A stretch of 64,000 nt of DNA from Psammoneis japonica (lineage: Eukaryota): contig QPGO01000130.1 of the NCBI GenBank assembly GCA_008632985.1, forward strand, positions 1 through 64,000, given 5' to 3'. Below, one piece after another: positions 11,208 through 22,720 of the stretch. How positions within the stretch are numbered: position 1 is the first letter of the stretch; every line of letters starts with the position of its first letter. A program made the position numbers and the translations under genes. A model generated the notes under the pieces. That model saw nothing but the letters and a program-made list of their open reading frames with translations, was not told the origin of the DNA and did no database searches.

Positions 11208-12095
11208 ATGCACTGCGCAGCTGACCGCACTCTAGTTTACAACGGCGACCACACTCAGCCTGCACCACCTTGTCTTGCTGACATTGACTTTGCCGAACTG
11301 GCTCCTCTGGTCGTCTGTGACCCTGTGCTCGATCTGAAGCCTTTCTTTGGCTTGGACAGTTGCCGCTGCGACAACACCTGCACCCTGCTGCCGCGTTCTG
11401 CTGTGGTGTTCAGCTCCCCCAACCCAGCAGAACTGGTTGCTCAGTGCCGAGCGCTCGAAGCACTAGAATGCTGCACCGCCCAGTCCACCGTGCGCGGCAA
11501 ACAACGCGTTGCCTTCATGGAGACAGACAGGAGCAAGTGTTCCACGATTGGCCTGGCTGCCACGAGAGACGCTCGAATTTCTTGCAAGCAGCCTGGCACA
11601 GCCGACCAACACACTCACCACCTCACCAGACTTCTTTCACACATGGAGCACCTTGTCAATGAGTGCGTGGACTGTGCCATCCTCAAGGGTGTTGCTCGTG
11701 TCAAAAAGTTTCACAACTGGAAATCCCTGGTGCGGTCAGATGGCATTTTCTCCTCTCTGGCGGCTGGGCACAATGTCTTCCTCAACGCCCATCGGGACCA
11801 GGACTTCTTCCTGTCAGCAGTCACCGTGGTGGGAGTCCCTCCGTCTGGCAGCCACACCATGAATGACGGGATTGTGGCACACTTCTGCTTCCCTGCCGAA
11901 GGCATCTCCGTTGCACTCCGGCTTGGTGATGTCATCATTTTTGACCCCACCAAGTGCCACTGCATCTCCAGCAGGACAAACTCAAACGACGAGTTCTTCT
12001 GCATGTCTCTCTACCTGAAGAGTGCTGTGGTGGGCAAGAATGACAATTCAGTCCCCCTTTCTCTAGAGGAAGAGACCATTCTCAGGCGACTGTGA
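11208..12095 (+). CDS. TET/JBP-like 2OG-Fe(II) dioxygenase
   Basis: NVFLNAHRDQD (HxD), HFCFPAEGISVALRLGDVIIFDPTKCHCISS (distal His) and terminal strand CMSLYLK; frame open from 10902, ATG at 11208. Confidence 0.7.
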   Translation: MHCAADRTLVYNGDHTQPAPPCLADIDFAELAPLVVCDPVLDLKPFFGLDSCRCDNTCTLLPRSAVVFSSPNPAELVAQCRALEALECCTAQSTVRGKQRVAFMETDRSKCSTIGLAATRDARISCKQPGTADQHTHHLTRLLSHMEHLVNECVDCAILKGVARVKKFHNWKSLVRSDGIFSSLAAGHNVFLNAHRDQDFFLSAVTVVGVPPSGSHTMNDGIVAHFCFPAEGISVALRLGDVIIFDPTKCHCISSRTNSNDEFFCMSLYLKSAVVGKNDNSVPLSLEEETILRRL

Positions 12096-12317
12096 CAGTG
12101 CAAAATAACTTGCTAAATTTGCGTAAATTTGCTGACTTTCTGTACTCAGGCGACTGTGCAGGCACCTGCCAATTTGCCAGATTTGCGCAAATTTACCGAC
12201 TTTCTGTTCTTCCTCGTTCCCATTTTTCGAACCACAACTGGGGCCACGCCTTTCCAACTAATGCTGCAGTTTTGCTGAAAAACACCAACACACTGTGCCA
12301 CTAATTTACAGAGCACA

Positions 12318-13780
12318 CTACACGGCAAACGTTTTGCCAGACGCAGAGCTTCTCCCCCCTGACTTGGGGAGTAGACGCGATTTCTTCTTCCGATTCATGG
12401 CACCCGACGTCGCCTTCCTCTTCTTCTTCTTCTTCTCCGATTTGTCCAAGTTGCATCTGCAGAGAAATTCCTCCCCGGGCATGATTCGCTTCGTGACTGC
12501 CAAGCACCCGTCGTTGTAGAACTCGCAGTTGTTGTCTGCGTGTTGGCTTGCCTTGATCTTCTTCTTGTCCTTGAATGACTCGGTGGCATCGTTCACGCAG
12601 TGCATTCCGAGGTAGAGTGGATGGGAATTCTTGTTCCCTGGACCGCTAAAATCAAGCGGTTTTGGCTCCACTGTGACGTGGCAGCCCTCGCTGTCACGGA
12701 TGGTGGAGCAGCACACGCTGTGGTCTTCTCCAAACTTGCTGTCGTGGTCATGCCACGAGCAGCTCCTCGTCGTGCCGGGCACCCTGGGGCCCACGTAGAT
12801 TCCAACCATGCTGCCTTTCTGGAACTGGCACAAAGCAAAAAAACCAATGCCTGCGCCCCTCCGTTGCGACACGCGCAGCTCGCCCACCTCCACCTCCTTG
12901 GGGCCTGCGGAGTGAACGGACTTTTCGAGGCAAAACAATGCAGGTTGAAGTGACACGGCGCCTCATCCAAATGTGCACACTTCTGTGCTTGCTCTCTTCA
13001 CGAGGTGGACCAGTGCGAGCGACCACCCCGCTTTGAAAGCCTCGACGGCGGTCTTGAACACTTTGTTGCTCTTCGGCGTTGAGTCTGGGATGCCCCTCTC
13101 GCCGACTTCCGTGCGGTGCCTCCACACCCACTTGCAGTGTTCGCCGTGAGCATTTGCGACGGCTTCAGGGTCGCTCCTGATGCACCCCAGTTCTCCCAGC
13201 ACGGGGAACCACAGGTCGGGATTGTTCGGCGCATCCTTCATCAGGCACATGGACTCCTGGAAATTGTCGGATTTTTCATGCAGCAACACCCAGTCCCACA
13301 AGTCGAATGACGGATCGTTGGGGTCCGGAAATTGCTTTCCTTCTTCTTCCTCTTCCACCGTTGCTTTCGCGACCACTTTGGCCGCGGGCTTGGCTGCCTC
13401 CTCGCTTTTGCCGCTGCAAAAAGGTGGGACCTCCGATTTCACAAAGGTGGCCTGATCACCCACCAACTCGATCTTGTGACCGGCCTCAAGGAGCTGCTCG
13501 GTGGTGCAACCCAGCTGCTGTGCTTCGTTCCAACCACAAATTTGAAAGGTTGGCTCCGGCGGCACGGCTTTCTCCCTCTTTTCAGTTTGGGACTGCGCCG
13601 GCTTCTCCAACATCCTTGCATGTTCAGACTCGACGGACACACACCCTCGGCACTTCCCTCGGCGCCAAGTGCAGTCATGGCAGCTGCCGCCGCGCCTTCG
13701 GCACCCGTGAGTTCTGCCATGACTTCCGGAGCTGCTGCATCCTCTGCTTTGCCAGATGCAACGATGTTGTCCTCCGCCAT
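12318..13780 (-). pseudogene. SET-domain protein (one in-frame TGA at 12963-12965 and an upstream frameshift)
   Basis: GIGFFALCQFQKGSMVGIYVG, MHCVND, NNCEF and TKRIMPGEEFLCRC match SET motifs. ORFs 12963-13640 and 12318-12956 share a frame; probable ATG at 13780. Confidence 0.75.
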
Positions 13781-14369
13781 TCTAGCGCCGTGATGACAGA
13801 GCTGCACTGACTGCTGTGTGGTGTGCTGCTTTGTTCCAGCCATTGGCGATCCACATCCTTCTGTGCACGTGAACGCACGACACTTCGCACCAAATTCCAC
13901 GTGGCGCATCTGCACCTGTCCACGTCCGTCTTCACCACTGTGTGCACTCCGGTGCTGCAGCGCACCCTTTCAAACCTTCACTGATGTTTGTTTTTTCCTT
14001 CCTTTTCCTTTTCTCTTCTTCTTCTGTCTGGCTGGGAGGAACTGCTGGACAGCCGGTGTGTGACAGATGTGACCATGAGGACGAAACGCGACAATCACGA
14101 GGAAGTCACAGACTGCAAGAATGGTGCCGAGGAACTCACTCAATGGAAGAACATGGAGCGCGCAACTTCTTGCAGCATGTGCATGTCTGATGTTGATCTT
14201 TGTAATCTCGTTGCAAGAAGAGCCGACACAGATTAAAATGCAAAAATCCGTTCACGACATGCCATGTCTGCTGGAACTAGTTGAGTTGCCATCTGCCGCA
14301 GCATGCATTTTACATTGGCTCACAGCACAAATTCACCTCATCTTTTGCTCATCGAATCAGCAAGGTCTT

Positions 14370-15248
14370 TCAGTTGTTGGCACCATTCAATGCCAGTGAC
14401 CACCTCCCAACCAACAGTGGCTGGAAGTGTGCTTGGTCTTCTTCGTCCATGGATTGATGCTCATCTGTAGATTCATCTTCGCCCATGAGAAAGTCACCTT
14501 CTTCGTTGAACCAATCATTGCAGCATTCATCCGCAATGATGCGCATTTCCACCGAGGGATCACCGCCACATTCCATGCACCAGTTCCAGCAGCTACGCAC
14601 CAAGCTCAGTCTTTCTAGCTCGGGCGAAATGCCGCTCTCTGTTTTCACTCCCTGACTCTCCATGATTGCAAGCGTCCCCTTGATCTCACGTTTCACAAAA
14701 CTTGTGCCAGTGATGATCAAATCAGATGCAACGCCATCATTGGACAGAACAGAAAGAGCATCAAACAGCTCAGTTCCTCTCAAATGCCCCACCTCAGTGT
14801 AATCGTCGAACTCAACGGGTCCAAACCTGCCACAAACAATGTGAACGCCACCACGATCTCCTTCAAAGAAAAACACAATGCCCCCCATCTGCGCTTCCGT
14901 GAGGTTGTCATGGTCAAAATCTTCCACTAAAACGTCCGTGTCCGAGTGTACATTCCCTGAATGAAACGTGGCCCGGACATCGCCTCCCACGCGAACTTCA
15001 AGGTTCTGCAACTCCTTCAGGGGTGTCGTTTGAGGCTCTGGAAATTCTACATTCCATGTCGTTCCCGATCCCGTTGGCCTTCCTTCATCCATGCCGATTG
15101 AATAGAACACTTTTGTTCCATCACGGCCTGTTATCTCAACCCTAAGGCATTGAGCAAGTCGTTCGCGGAGCTCGTCGTTTTCTTGTTTCAGCTCATTGAC
15201 AGTCTTGTCGCGCAAGACGGAGGCGACAAACGGAGCTAAATCTGACAT
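14370..15248 (-). CDS. Hypothetical protein of the diatom-type 'MSDLAPFVA...' coiled-coil family; 3' end degraded
   Basis: 292-aa ORF beginning MSDLAPFVASVLRDKTVNELKQENDELRERL. Confidence 0.7.
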   Translation of the reverse strand: MSDLAPFVASVLRDKTVNELKQENDELRERLAQCLRVEITGRDGTKVFYSIGMDEGRPTGSGTTWNVEFPEPQTTPLKELQNLEVRVGGDVRATFHSGNVHSDTDVLVEDFDHDNLTEAQMGGIVFFFEGDRGGVHIVCGRFGPVEFDDYTEVGHLRGTELFDALSVLSNDGVASDLIITGTSFVKREIKGTLAIMESQGVKTESGISPELERLSLVRSCWNWCMECGGDPSVEMRIIADECCNDWFNEEGDFLMGEDESTDEHQSMDEEDQAHFQPLLVGRWSLALNGANN

Positions 15249-16077
15249 GGAGAGTGGCGTTGCTTTACGAAATCGGCCTTCAATCTATCTTTTGCCTTTG
15301 TTGATGAACGATGTGTTCAGTGCAGTCGGTGCGTGTGATGGATGTTTACTTTTTTGGTCGTTGCAGCAATGATTTGTTGCGGTCGTCGGCGTTTTGGTCC
15401 AAGTCGTCGTTTTTGATTTGGCCAGCGCGCGCGCGGTCGAGCCAGTGCAAAGTTCGAAGTATTGATGCTTATTTTATATAAAAATATATTGAACAAATTT
15501 TGTCAATTCCAAATTCAAATTCCTCATCAACTCATCGTCATCTTCAATCTTCTGTCAACGGCACTACTGTAAGTGAGTCACTGTACGATATCTCTATCAT
15601 ATTGCTTCAACGTCCTCTGCCACCATGTCTCGAGCGTTCAGGAACCTCATCATCTCCGAGACACTGTCTCTTTGTTGGAGTCTCCAACGCGAGCGCCCTC
15701 CTTATGAAAGTGGTTTAGCTTTTTGTGGGCGGTGCTAACGGTGGAATCTATTGACTAGAGATCAATCCCGTGCCTATTCTCTGGAGGTGAACAGTTCGCG
15801 CAGGTATGTGACCACCCTCGAGCGTGCTGTTGGGACTAATGAGAAAGGGATAGCATTTCGATAGGTCTACAAATCCCAAATCCTATTCATGTAAAATAGA
15901 AACTGTAAATAGGACAATTTCGCCCTGCCACTCAGAAGTGTTTCAGTTGTACTTGTCTTGCATTGACATTCGCGTTTTATTCTTCGTTGTTTTCGTTGAC
16001 GCCCCCAGTGCGAATGAACATGGTTTTCTTTCGTAGATGATGATTCCATCCATATTACACTTCGCCCCCTTTCTTGT

Positions 16078-17175
16078 TTAGACCAACTTGAATTTTCCCT
16101 TTTGCTCACAGCAGCAAGTGTGAAAGACATCTTGGCAATCAGAACAAATTTTCTTATTACAAGCCAAACATGCGTAGACTTTGGAACAACCATTGCACGC
16201 TAACGTCTCGCACTCGCTGCACTTGAAGCTGCAAGCTGCACAAAGACCATAATTGCACTCCTCGCACCTGCCAGCTCTTTCTTGACAGGAGTGACAATAG
16301 CTCTCATCACAAGAGTCACAAAAGAAACTCTCTTTGCACTTGCGGCAGAAAAAGTTATCGCACTCCGCACAGTGGTAAAAGGCCTCGCAGTCGAAGCAAA
16401 AGGATTCGTTGCATGCATGACAGAAATATGCATCTTGTTCCATAGTACAGTCCAAACAACCGAACACATAATCGCATCTCGCACAACTTGAGAAAGGGTC
16501 GCACTTGTGACAAACACATCGATCGCAGCCCTCGCAAAACTGGACATCAGGGCAACCGCCTTTCCCGCAAAAATACTTGTTGCAATCCTCGCAGCTGCCA
16601 CCGGAGTCGTCATACTCATAGTCGCGACATTCCTCGCAACACTTTTTTCCGCAATTATCACACGACATAAAGTCCTCTTGAAAGGAAAACTCGTCGCAGC
16701 CAGGACACCGTTCCCGACCATGCTCGGCCTCAACGCAGTCTTCGCATTCGAGGTTGAGCAGTGTGTCTCCCCCGTCTGTCTTCACGGCACACTGCTCTTC
16801 ACCCTCCTCGGTCTCATCAGTCGCCATATCCTTCGTATCCTTGTTGGACTCTTCAATGTCATCATTTGCGTTGACCTCTGCCTCCTCTGAAGCTTCTTCT
16901 TCGTCGTCTTCAAAGTACAAGTCGGGATCCAACTTGCCCAGTTTTGTTCCATGAATGACACAATAATACTCTGAGCCGTGCATATCATCACGCAACTCCT
17001 TGACTTGAAGGACGGTCGAAATATCAGTCTTGTTCAAAAAGGAGAGAATCTGTTGACCAAAGATTGACCCTGCAAGCTGAGAAGCAACAAGTGGGCAATC
17101 AAGCTGACGGCCGCCGCCGTCTGCCGGTGGCAGCGCTGCGGCGTTGCCATCAAAAGTTTTAGCGGTGAGAGACAT
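16078..17175 (-). CDS. Cys-rich CxxC-repeat (putative Zn-binding) protein, copy 1; possible F-box-like N-terminus
   Basis: More than 20 CxxC motifs after an acidic linker; N-terminal QQILSFLNKTDISTVLQV; normal Tyr and CpG content. Confidence 0.8.
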   Translation of the reverse strand: MSLTAKTFDGNAAALPPADGGGRQLDCPLVASQLAGSIFGQQILSFLNKTDISTVLQVKELRDDMHGSEYYCVIHGTKLGKLDPDLYFEDDEEEASEEAEVNANDDIEESNKDTKDMATDETEEGEEQCAVKTDGGDTLLNLECEDCVEAEHGRERCPGCDEFSFQEDFMSCDNCGKKCCEECRDYEYDDSGGSCEDCNKYFCGKGGCPDVQFCEGCDRCVCHKCDPFSSCARCDYVFGCLDCTMEQDAYFCHACNESFCFDCEAFYHCAECDNFFCRKCKESFFCDSCDESYCHSCQERAGRCEECNYGLCAACSFKCSECETLACNGCSKVYACLACNKKICSDCQDVFHTCCCEQKGKFKLV

Positions 17176-17399
17176 GACCACTACTGTCAAAATACAGGAT
17201 GTACAAGCGTAGTAGGATAGAAAGTGGTCTCGCTAGTAGCAGTGCTTGCCTACGATTAGTCCTTTGTTCCTGCTTCAGTGCTTGTTGAGTTTTTTGAGCT
17301 GTTGGAGCTGTTGTGTTGCCGCGGCTTCAGCGGCGGCGCGAGCGCGGGAAGACGAGCTGCGCGTCGGATTGCACAAGACCACCGCGGCCGCGGCACCCC

Positions 17400-20300
17400 G
17401 CCGCGTCGAACAGCACAGCTGACTCCAAACAGAACCAACTGGTTGGTGGGGGAGAGGTCCATTTACAGAGCTCGAGCTCTAGACCAATTCACCATGGAGC
17501 CAGCCAGTGGATGCTGGCTCACAGGTGGGCAGGAGGGTCCTTTTAGCTGCCCAGCTCATTGTTGTTGCAACAACAACGAAAAGAGGGGCGGTGTGGTCGT
17601 GTGTGTCAGTCACGAAGGTGCAAGCGACAGCTGCCCAGCAACTTCAAGCTGATCAACAGTTCCATCTTGCATCATCTTCCCCATTGCACAGCTGCCACAG
17701 CTGCTTTGAACAGCAGAGTTGACTCCAGAGCCAAGGCAGCTGTGGCACGTCAGAGCCCCCTGCTTGTGTGGAGCTTGAGCAGCTCCAGACCCACTCATCA
17801 CCACAGATCTGGTCAGTGGGTTCTCCAGCTCCCGCTTTAGGTGGGCCATCAACATGAGGTTGGAGTGCCACATGGGATGAGTGTTTGATTGATGGGGGCT
17901 CCATGGCTGGAGCTCCAGGAGCGGGCTCCACTCTGGAGAGCATTCGAGAGGAAAAATTGTGCATGACAGGCTCAGCTTGGACACAGAGGTGGCAGAGCAC
18001 ATCATTGGAGTGCCAGTGTCCAACGAGGTGAACAATGCATGGGCAGTGTCAGAGGGCTTGATGCCAGGTCCAAAGGCATTGCCTTTCTGGCATGAAGCAA
18101 GTGGCGCAGTTGTAGTTGGGGTGCAAGCAGATCACGCACCATGCCAAGGTGAGGACCAGGCAGAATTGTGGGTCCCCATGGAGGGAGAGACCAATGGCTT
18201 TGCTGCAGGCACCATTTTTCTGAGTGGTGAATTTGAGGGTGGCAAAGGTGGAGGCCCACAAGCCAGCTTTTTTGCAGAGAGTGCCAAAGTGATCACATTT
18301 GCAATGCAAAATCCTTTGACACAATGCTGGCACGGCCTGTGGTGGCCATTGCACATCACAAAATGGGCACACGGGTGGGTTTCACCCAATTTGTTGGGGG
18401 ATGATGTTGTTTCTTGCAGCAAGTCCATCGGTTGTGGACACAGAAATCTGTGTCACCTTGGATGGTCTTGCATGGGTCCAGGGACCCCACTGTGGCAAAT
18501 GCTTGGCCAACACTGTGCAAGGCATTTTCCACTGCGCAAGATCAGACCTGGCCACTGCTGGGGGCAAGGAGTCCAAGGATGGGAACAGGATCTTTAAACT
18601 TTTGAAAGGTGGGATCCAAGGAGTGGTTGTCACAGAACTGGGCCCACATCTGCCAGCGGCCCTCAGCAGTGCTGGATCTAGAAGATGTGACACCAGCATT
18701 GACACCCTGCTGTTGAGAAGCAGGAAAGAGGTCACAGTGGAAAGCACACTGGCCCTGATGGGGTCCATGGGTGCCATGGCTTGTTCTGAGGGCAAGTTGT
18801 GTTAAAACAGGACAAAATGGTGTCATGAGTGCATGAGGCATCATCAGACATGGTGTCAGTGGGGCCAAACAGACAGTTCTTCCAGGCCAGACAGTGGTGG
18901 CAACATGGGTGGATGGCAGTCATTTGGAGCACAGTGGCCATTGCACTCTCTTGGTTGTTGTGGATCCCTTGTGGCACAAAAAAATTGATTTGTGGCCTGT
19001 TCCTGGATGTCAAAGGAGTGCATGCTGGCATCCTGTTGAAGGAGGCCATCCACAAGCTCCAGGTCAGAGTTGGTGACAAAAGAGCTGTTGGTGGATGGAC
19101 TTGAGGAATTGGTGCTGCCAGCTGCCAGACCACTGGCACTGGGTCAGTTGGTGCTGCAGAGTTCACTTGGCCCTGATGCAGGCTGAGAAGGAGTGGGACT
19201 TGGCCTGGCACTGCTGAGTTGTCAGGAAGCCAAATGCTCCCTGCCCCAACCCTGAAGCATTGTGTGAGCCCAGCACAAGAGCTGGCTGCAGGGAGGAAAG
19301 TTTTCACAAATGTGCCGGGGGTGCTCCACCAAGTTCTGGTGGAGCCAATGGAAGTCATTTGGGGAACTGGCAGGATTCTTTGTGGGGAGAAGGAGGTGGT
19401 TGTGTTGTCCTGTTGCCAGGCAGCTGTTTTTGCAAATGGCTGAAGAGGCCCTTGGCTCCTGGAATGGTCATGTCAGGGGCAGGGATCACAGCTTGCCAAG
19501 AAGGCTGCGCCATTTGCCAATGGCAAGCTGCTTTTGAGTTGGCGGGGTGCTGGCAAGCAATTTGTCAAGACATTGAAGGCAGCGGGGCTGGAGAATGAGT
19601 GTCATGGTCACTGTCTATGATCTGGCCCAGGACCATCTTGCAAGTGTCCCATGAGGCATCTTCTTTGAGGAGCTTCTTGATGAATGTGGGGTCAAGACAA
19701 TTCTCAGGGCCCCTGGAGTCAAGGGGGCACAGTGGATCACAGATGGCCTGGAGCAAGACACACGCTCTACTTTGCACATCCACAATGATGTTGTCAACAA
19801 GTGCATTCGCTGTTGCCAGAATGTGGTCACACACAATGGTTGTGGAGCACAGGGTCATGTGTTGCACAGAAGAGCAGGTTTGCACACTTGCTCTTGTGGG
19901 CGTTGACAGCAGCAGGTGAACTGGCAGTGTGGAGTGTGGATTTGTGCTGGCAACAGCTGGTCAATGACTGGCCAGGTGTGGAAGCTTGAGCATTGAGGGG
20001 GTGCCATGGTGCATGGTGTCATTTGAGGAGATGATGGATGGTGAGATCAGTGTTTGTCTCAGTGACAGCACAAAGATGCTGTGGCAACTTGGCCCATCCC
20101 ATTGGCAGTGCCAGCAGGAATGCAGTCAGAAGCTCCTCACCTTTGAGGGCAGGAAATTCAACTGCAAGTTTTGGTGTGTCTCAGGGGCTCACACCCAGAC
20201 TTGGCAGAACTTGTCATTGACATGGATCTTGATGAACTGTGCTGGTCCACACTGCAGATCCACATGGATGACTTGAGTCACAAGGTGATCCAGAGCCCTG

Positions 20301-21230
20301 CCAAATTGCATGGCTTTGAGCACATTGTCTGAGGGGTGACATCTTCTGGTTGAGTTGACAGTGCACGCAGTCAATTGTGGTTTGGGGTCATCTGCCATCA
20401 TGTTGGGGCATGATGCCTGCTGGGCTTGTGTGCAGGTTTGGGAGGTGGCACACTCAATGGCAGGGGAGAACCACACAAAAGGCCTTCTGCACCATGTCAG
20501 CAGCACACAGCTGGCGGAGAACTTTTTGATCATTTTGAAAGTTGTTTGCATGATGCTGCTGAAGGAAAATGGTTGAATGTTGCACCAAGCATTCCACAAG
20601 AGGAGCGTGCTGCAGGGAGTCCATTTGTCAAGCTGCTCTCTTGTTGTGCTTGTGTTGATTGAAACCTTTGCAGCACAGATCATTGTGAAGGCTCATTTGC
20701 TGACAGACCTGCAAAAAGTGCCACTCTGTTGAAACTGCTGCTCACATTGATTGGGTGGAAATGTTGTTTTGTCATGCTGACCACTTGCCTGGAGCTGTTC
20801 CTGAACTCACAGAGCAAGAGATAAAAAGTCTTCTTTGACACCTTTCCATTTGGGCTCCCACCTGGGTGCAGGCAAGAGTTTGCTTGTGGGTGCAGTTGGA
20901 TTTGCAGGAGACCTTCATGGGCAATGAGAAGAGTTTTGCTGATGAAAGAAGAATGACAGAAAAAGAGCCACAATGGTGGCAACAGCAACAGTGAAATGGA
21001 AATGGTGGCAATCAGAGCAAGAAACACAGACACAGACAAGAGGCAAAGGTGGCAAAGACAAGCCAAATGACCCTTTTCCCATTCCTTGGCACCAAAGACA
21101 TCAATTTTGGGCACAGAGCTGCAACAGTCTCGAGTGTTCAAGAACAACGATGAGACCATATTTTCTGAGACACTGCCTGTTATATTTTCCTCCAAGGTGA
21201 GTGCCTTCCTTGTGAATGTGTCGGTTTAAT
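17400..21230 (-). mobile_element. Decayed tyrosine-recombinase retrotransposon (DIRS/Ngaro-like), copy 1
   Basis: RT relics AMQFGRAL...GPAQFIKIHVNDKF, ALPMGWAKLP and LVDNII...KKLLKEDASWDTCKMVLGQIID; YR relic ATLKFTTQKNG; strongly CpG- and TpA-depleted. Confidence 0.75.
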
Positions 21231-21627
21231 TAAGCACACGCTGGCAGGACCAAGCCAAACAGCATTTTGTGGGCATTGCCAGCAGTGGAATCCACTTTCT
21301 AGTAGAGATCACAATTCCACACCCACTCTCTACTAGAGGTGAACAGTTCACGCAGGTGTGTGACCAGCCTCGAGCGTGCTGTTGGGACTAATGAGAAAGG
21401 GATAGCTAGCATTTCGCATAGGTCTACAAATCCTATTCATGTAAAATAGAAACTGTGAATAGGACAATTTCGCCCTGCCACTCAGAACTGTTTCAGTTGT
21501 ACTTGTCTTGCATTGACATTCGCGTTTTATTCTTCGTTGTTTTCGTTGACGCCCCCAGTGCGAATGAACATGGTTTTCTTTCGTAGATGATGATTCCATC
21601 CATATTACACTTCGCCCCCTTTCTTGT

Positions 21628-22720
21628 TTAGACCAACTTGAATTTTCCCTTTTGCTCACAGCAGCAAGTAAGTGTGAAAGACGTCTTGGCAATCAGAACA
21701 TATTTTCTTATTACAAGCCAAACATGCGTAGACTTTGGAACAACCCTTGCACGCCAACGTCTCGCACTCGCTGCACTTGAAGCTGCACGCGGTACAAAGG
21801 CGATCGTCGCACTCCTCACACCTGCCAACTTTTTCTCGACAGGAGCAACAATAGCTGTCATCACAAGAGTCACAAAAGAAACTGTCTTTGCACTTGCGGC
21901 AGAAAAAGTTTTCGCACTCTGCACAGTGGTAAAAGTCCTCGCAGTCGAAGCAAAAGAACTCGTCGCATGCATGACAGAAATATGCATAGTGCCCCACAGT
22001 GCAGTTCAAACAACCGTACACATATTTGCATCTCGCACAACTCGAGAAAGGGTCGCACTTGTGACAAACACATCGATCGCAGCCCTCGCAATACTGGACA
22101 TCAGGGCAACCGCCATTCCCACAAAAATACTCGTCGCAATCCTCACAATAGCCACCGGACTCGTCATCGTCACAGCACTCCTCGCAGTACTTTTTTTTGC
22201 AATTATCACACGACATAAAGTCCTCTTGAAAGGAAAACTCGTCGCAGCCAGGACAACGTTCCCGACCATGCTCGGCCTCAACGCAGTCTTCGCATTCGAG
22301 GTTGAGCAGTGTGTCTCCCCCCTCTGTCTTCACGGCACACTGCTCTTCACCCTCCTCGGTCTCATCAGTCGCCATGTCCTTCGTATCCTTGTTGGACTCT
22401 TCAATGTCATCATTAGCGTTGACCTCTGCCTCCTCTAAAGCTTCTTCTTCTTCGTCTTCAGAGTACCAGTCGGGATCCAACTTGCCCAGTTTTGTTCCAT
22501 GAGTCATACAATAATACTCTGAGCCGTGCATATCATCACGCAACTCCTTGATTTGAAGGACGGTCAAAACATCAGTCTTATTCAAAAAGGAAAGAATCTG
22601 TTGACCAAAGATTGACCCTGCAAGCTGAGAAGCAACAAGTTGGCAATGCTGACGGTCGCCGCCGTTTGCCGGTGGCAGCGCTGCGGCGTTGCCATCAAAA
22701 GTTTTAGCGGTGAGAGACAT
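21628..22720 (-). CDS. Cys-rich CxxC protein, copy 2; a 4-nt insertion near the 3' end changes the C-terminus (stop at 21656)
   Basis: Near-identical to copies 1 and 3; GCAGCAAGTAAGTGTG here versus GCAGCAAGTGTG in the others. Confidence 0.78.

Larger units (their letters stand above)
1..14300 (-). mobile_element. Large Helitron-type (Helitron2/Helentron-like) element or element-associated domain with cargo genes; termini not identified
   Basis: Contains a Rep+PIF1 helicase gene. The whole span is uniformly TpA-poor but keeps CpG, and a GTAAATT motif recurs after several of its ORFs. Boundaries are approximate and the left end may lie outside the window. Confidence 0.6.

Noticed and set aside
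14270..14285. CTAG as Helitron 3' terminus (also CTAG near 68-71)
   Set aside because: No convincing subterminal hairpin; the 14.28-kb site is on the wrong side relative to RepHel orientation. Termini left undefined.
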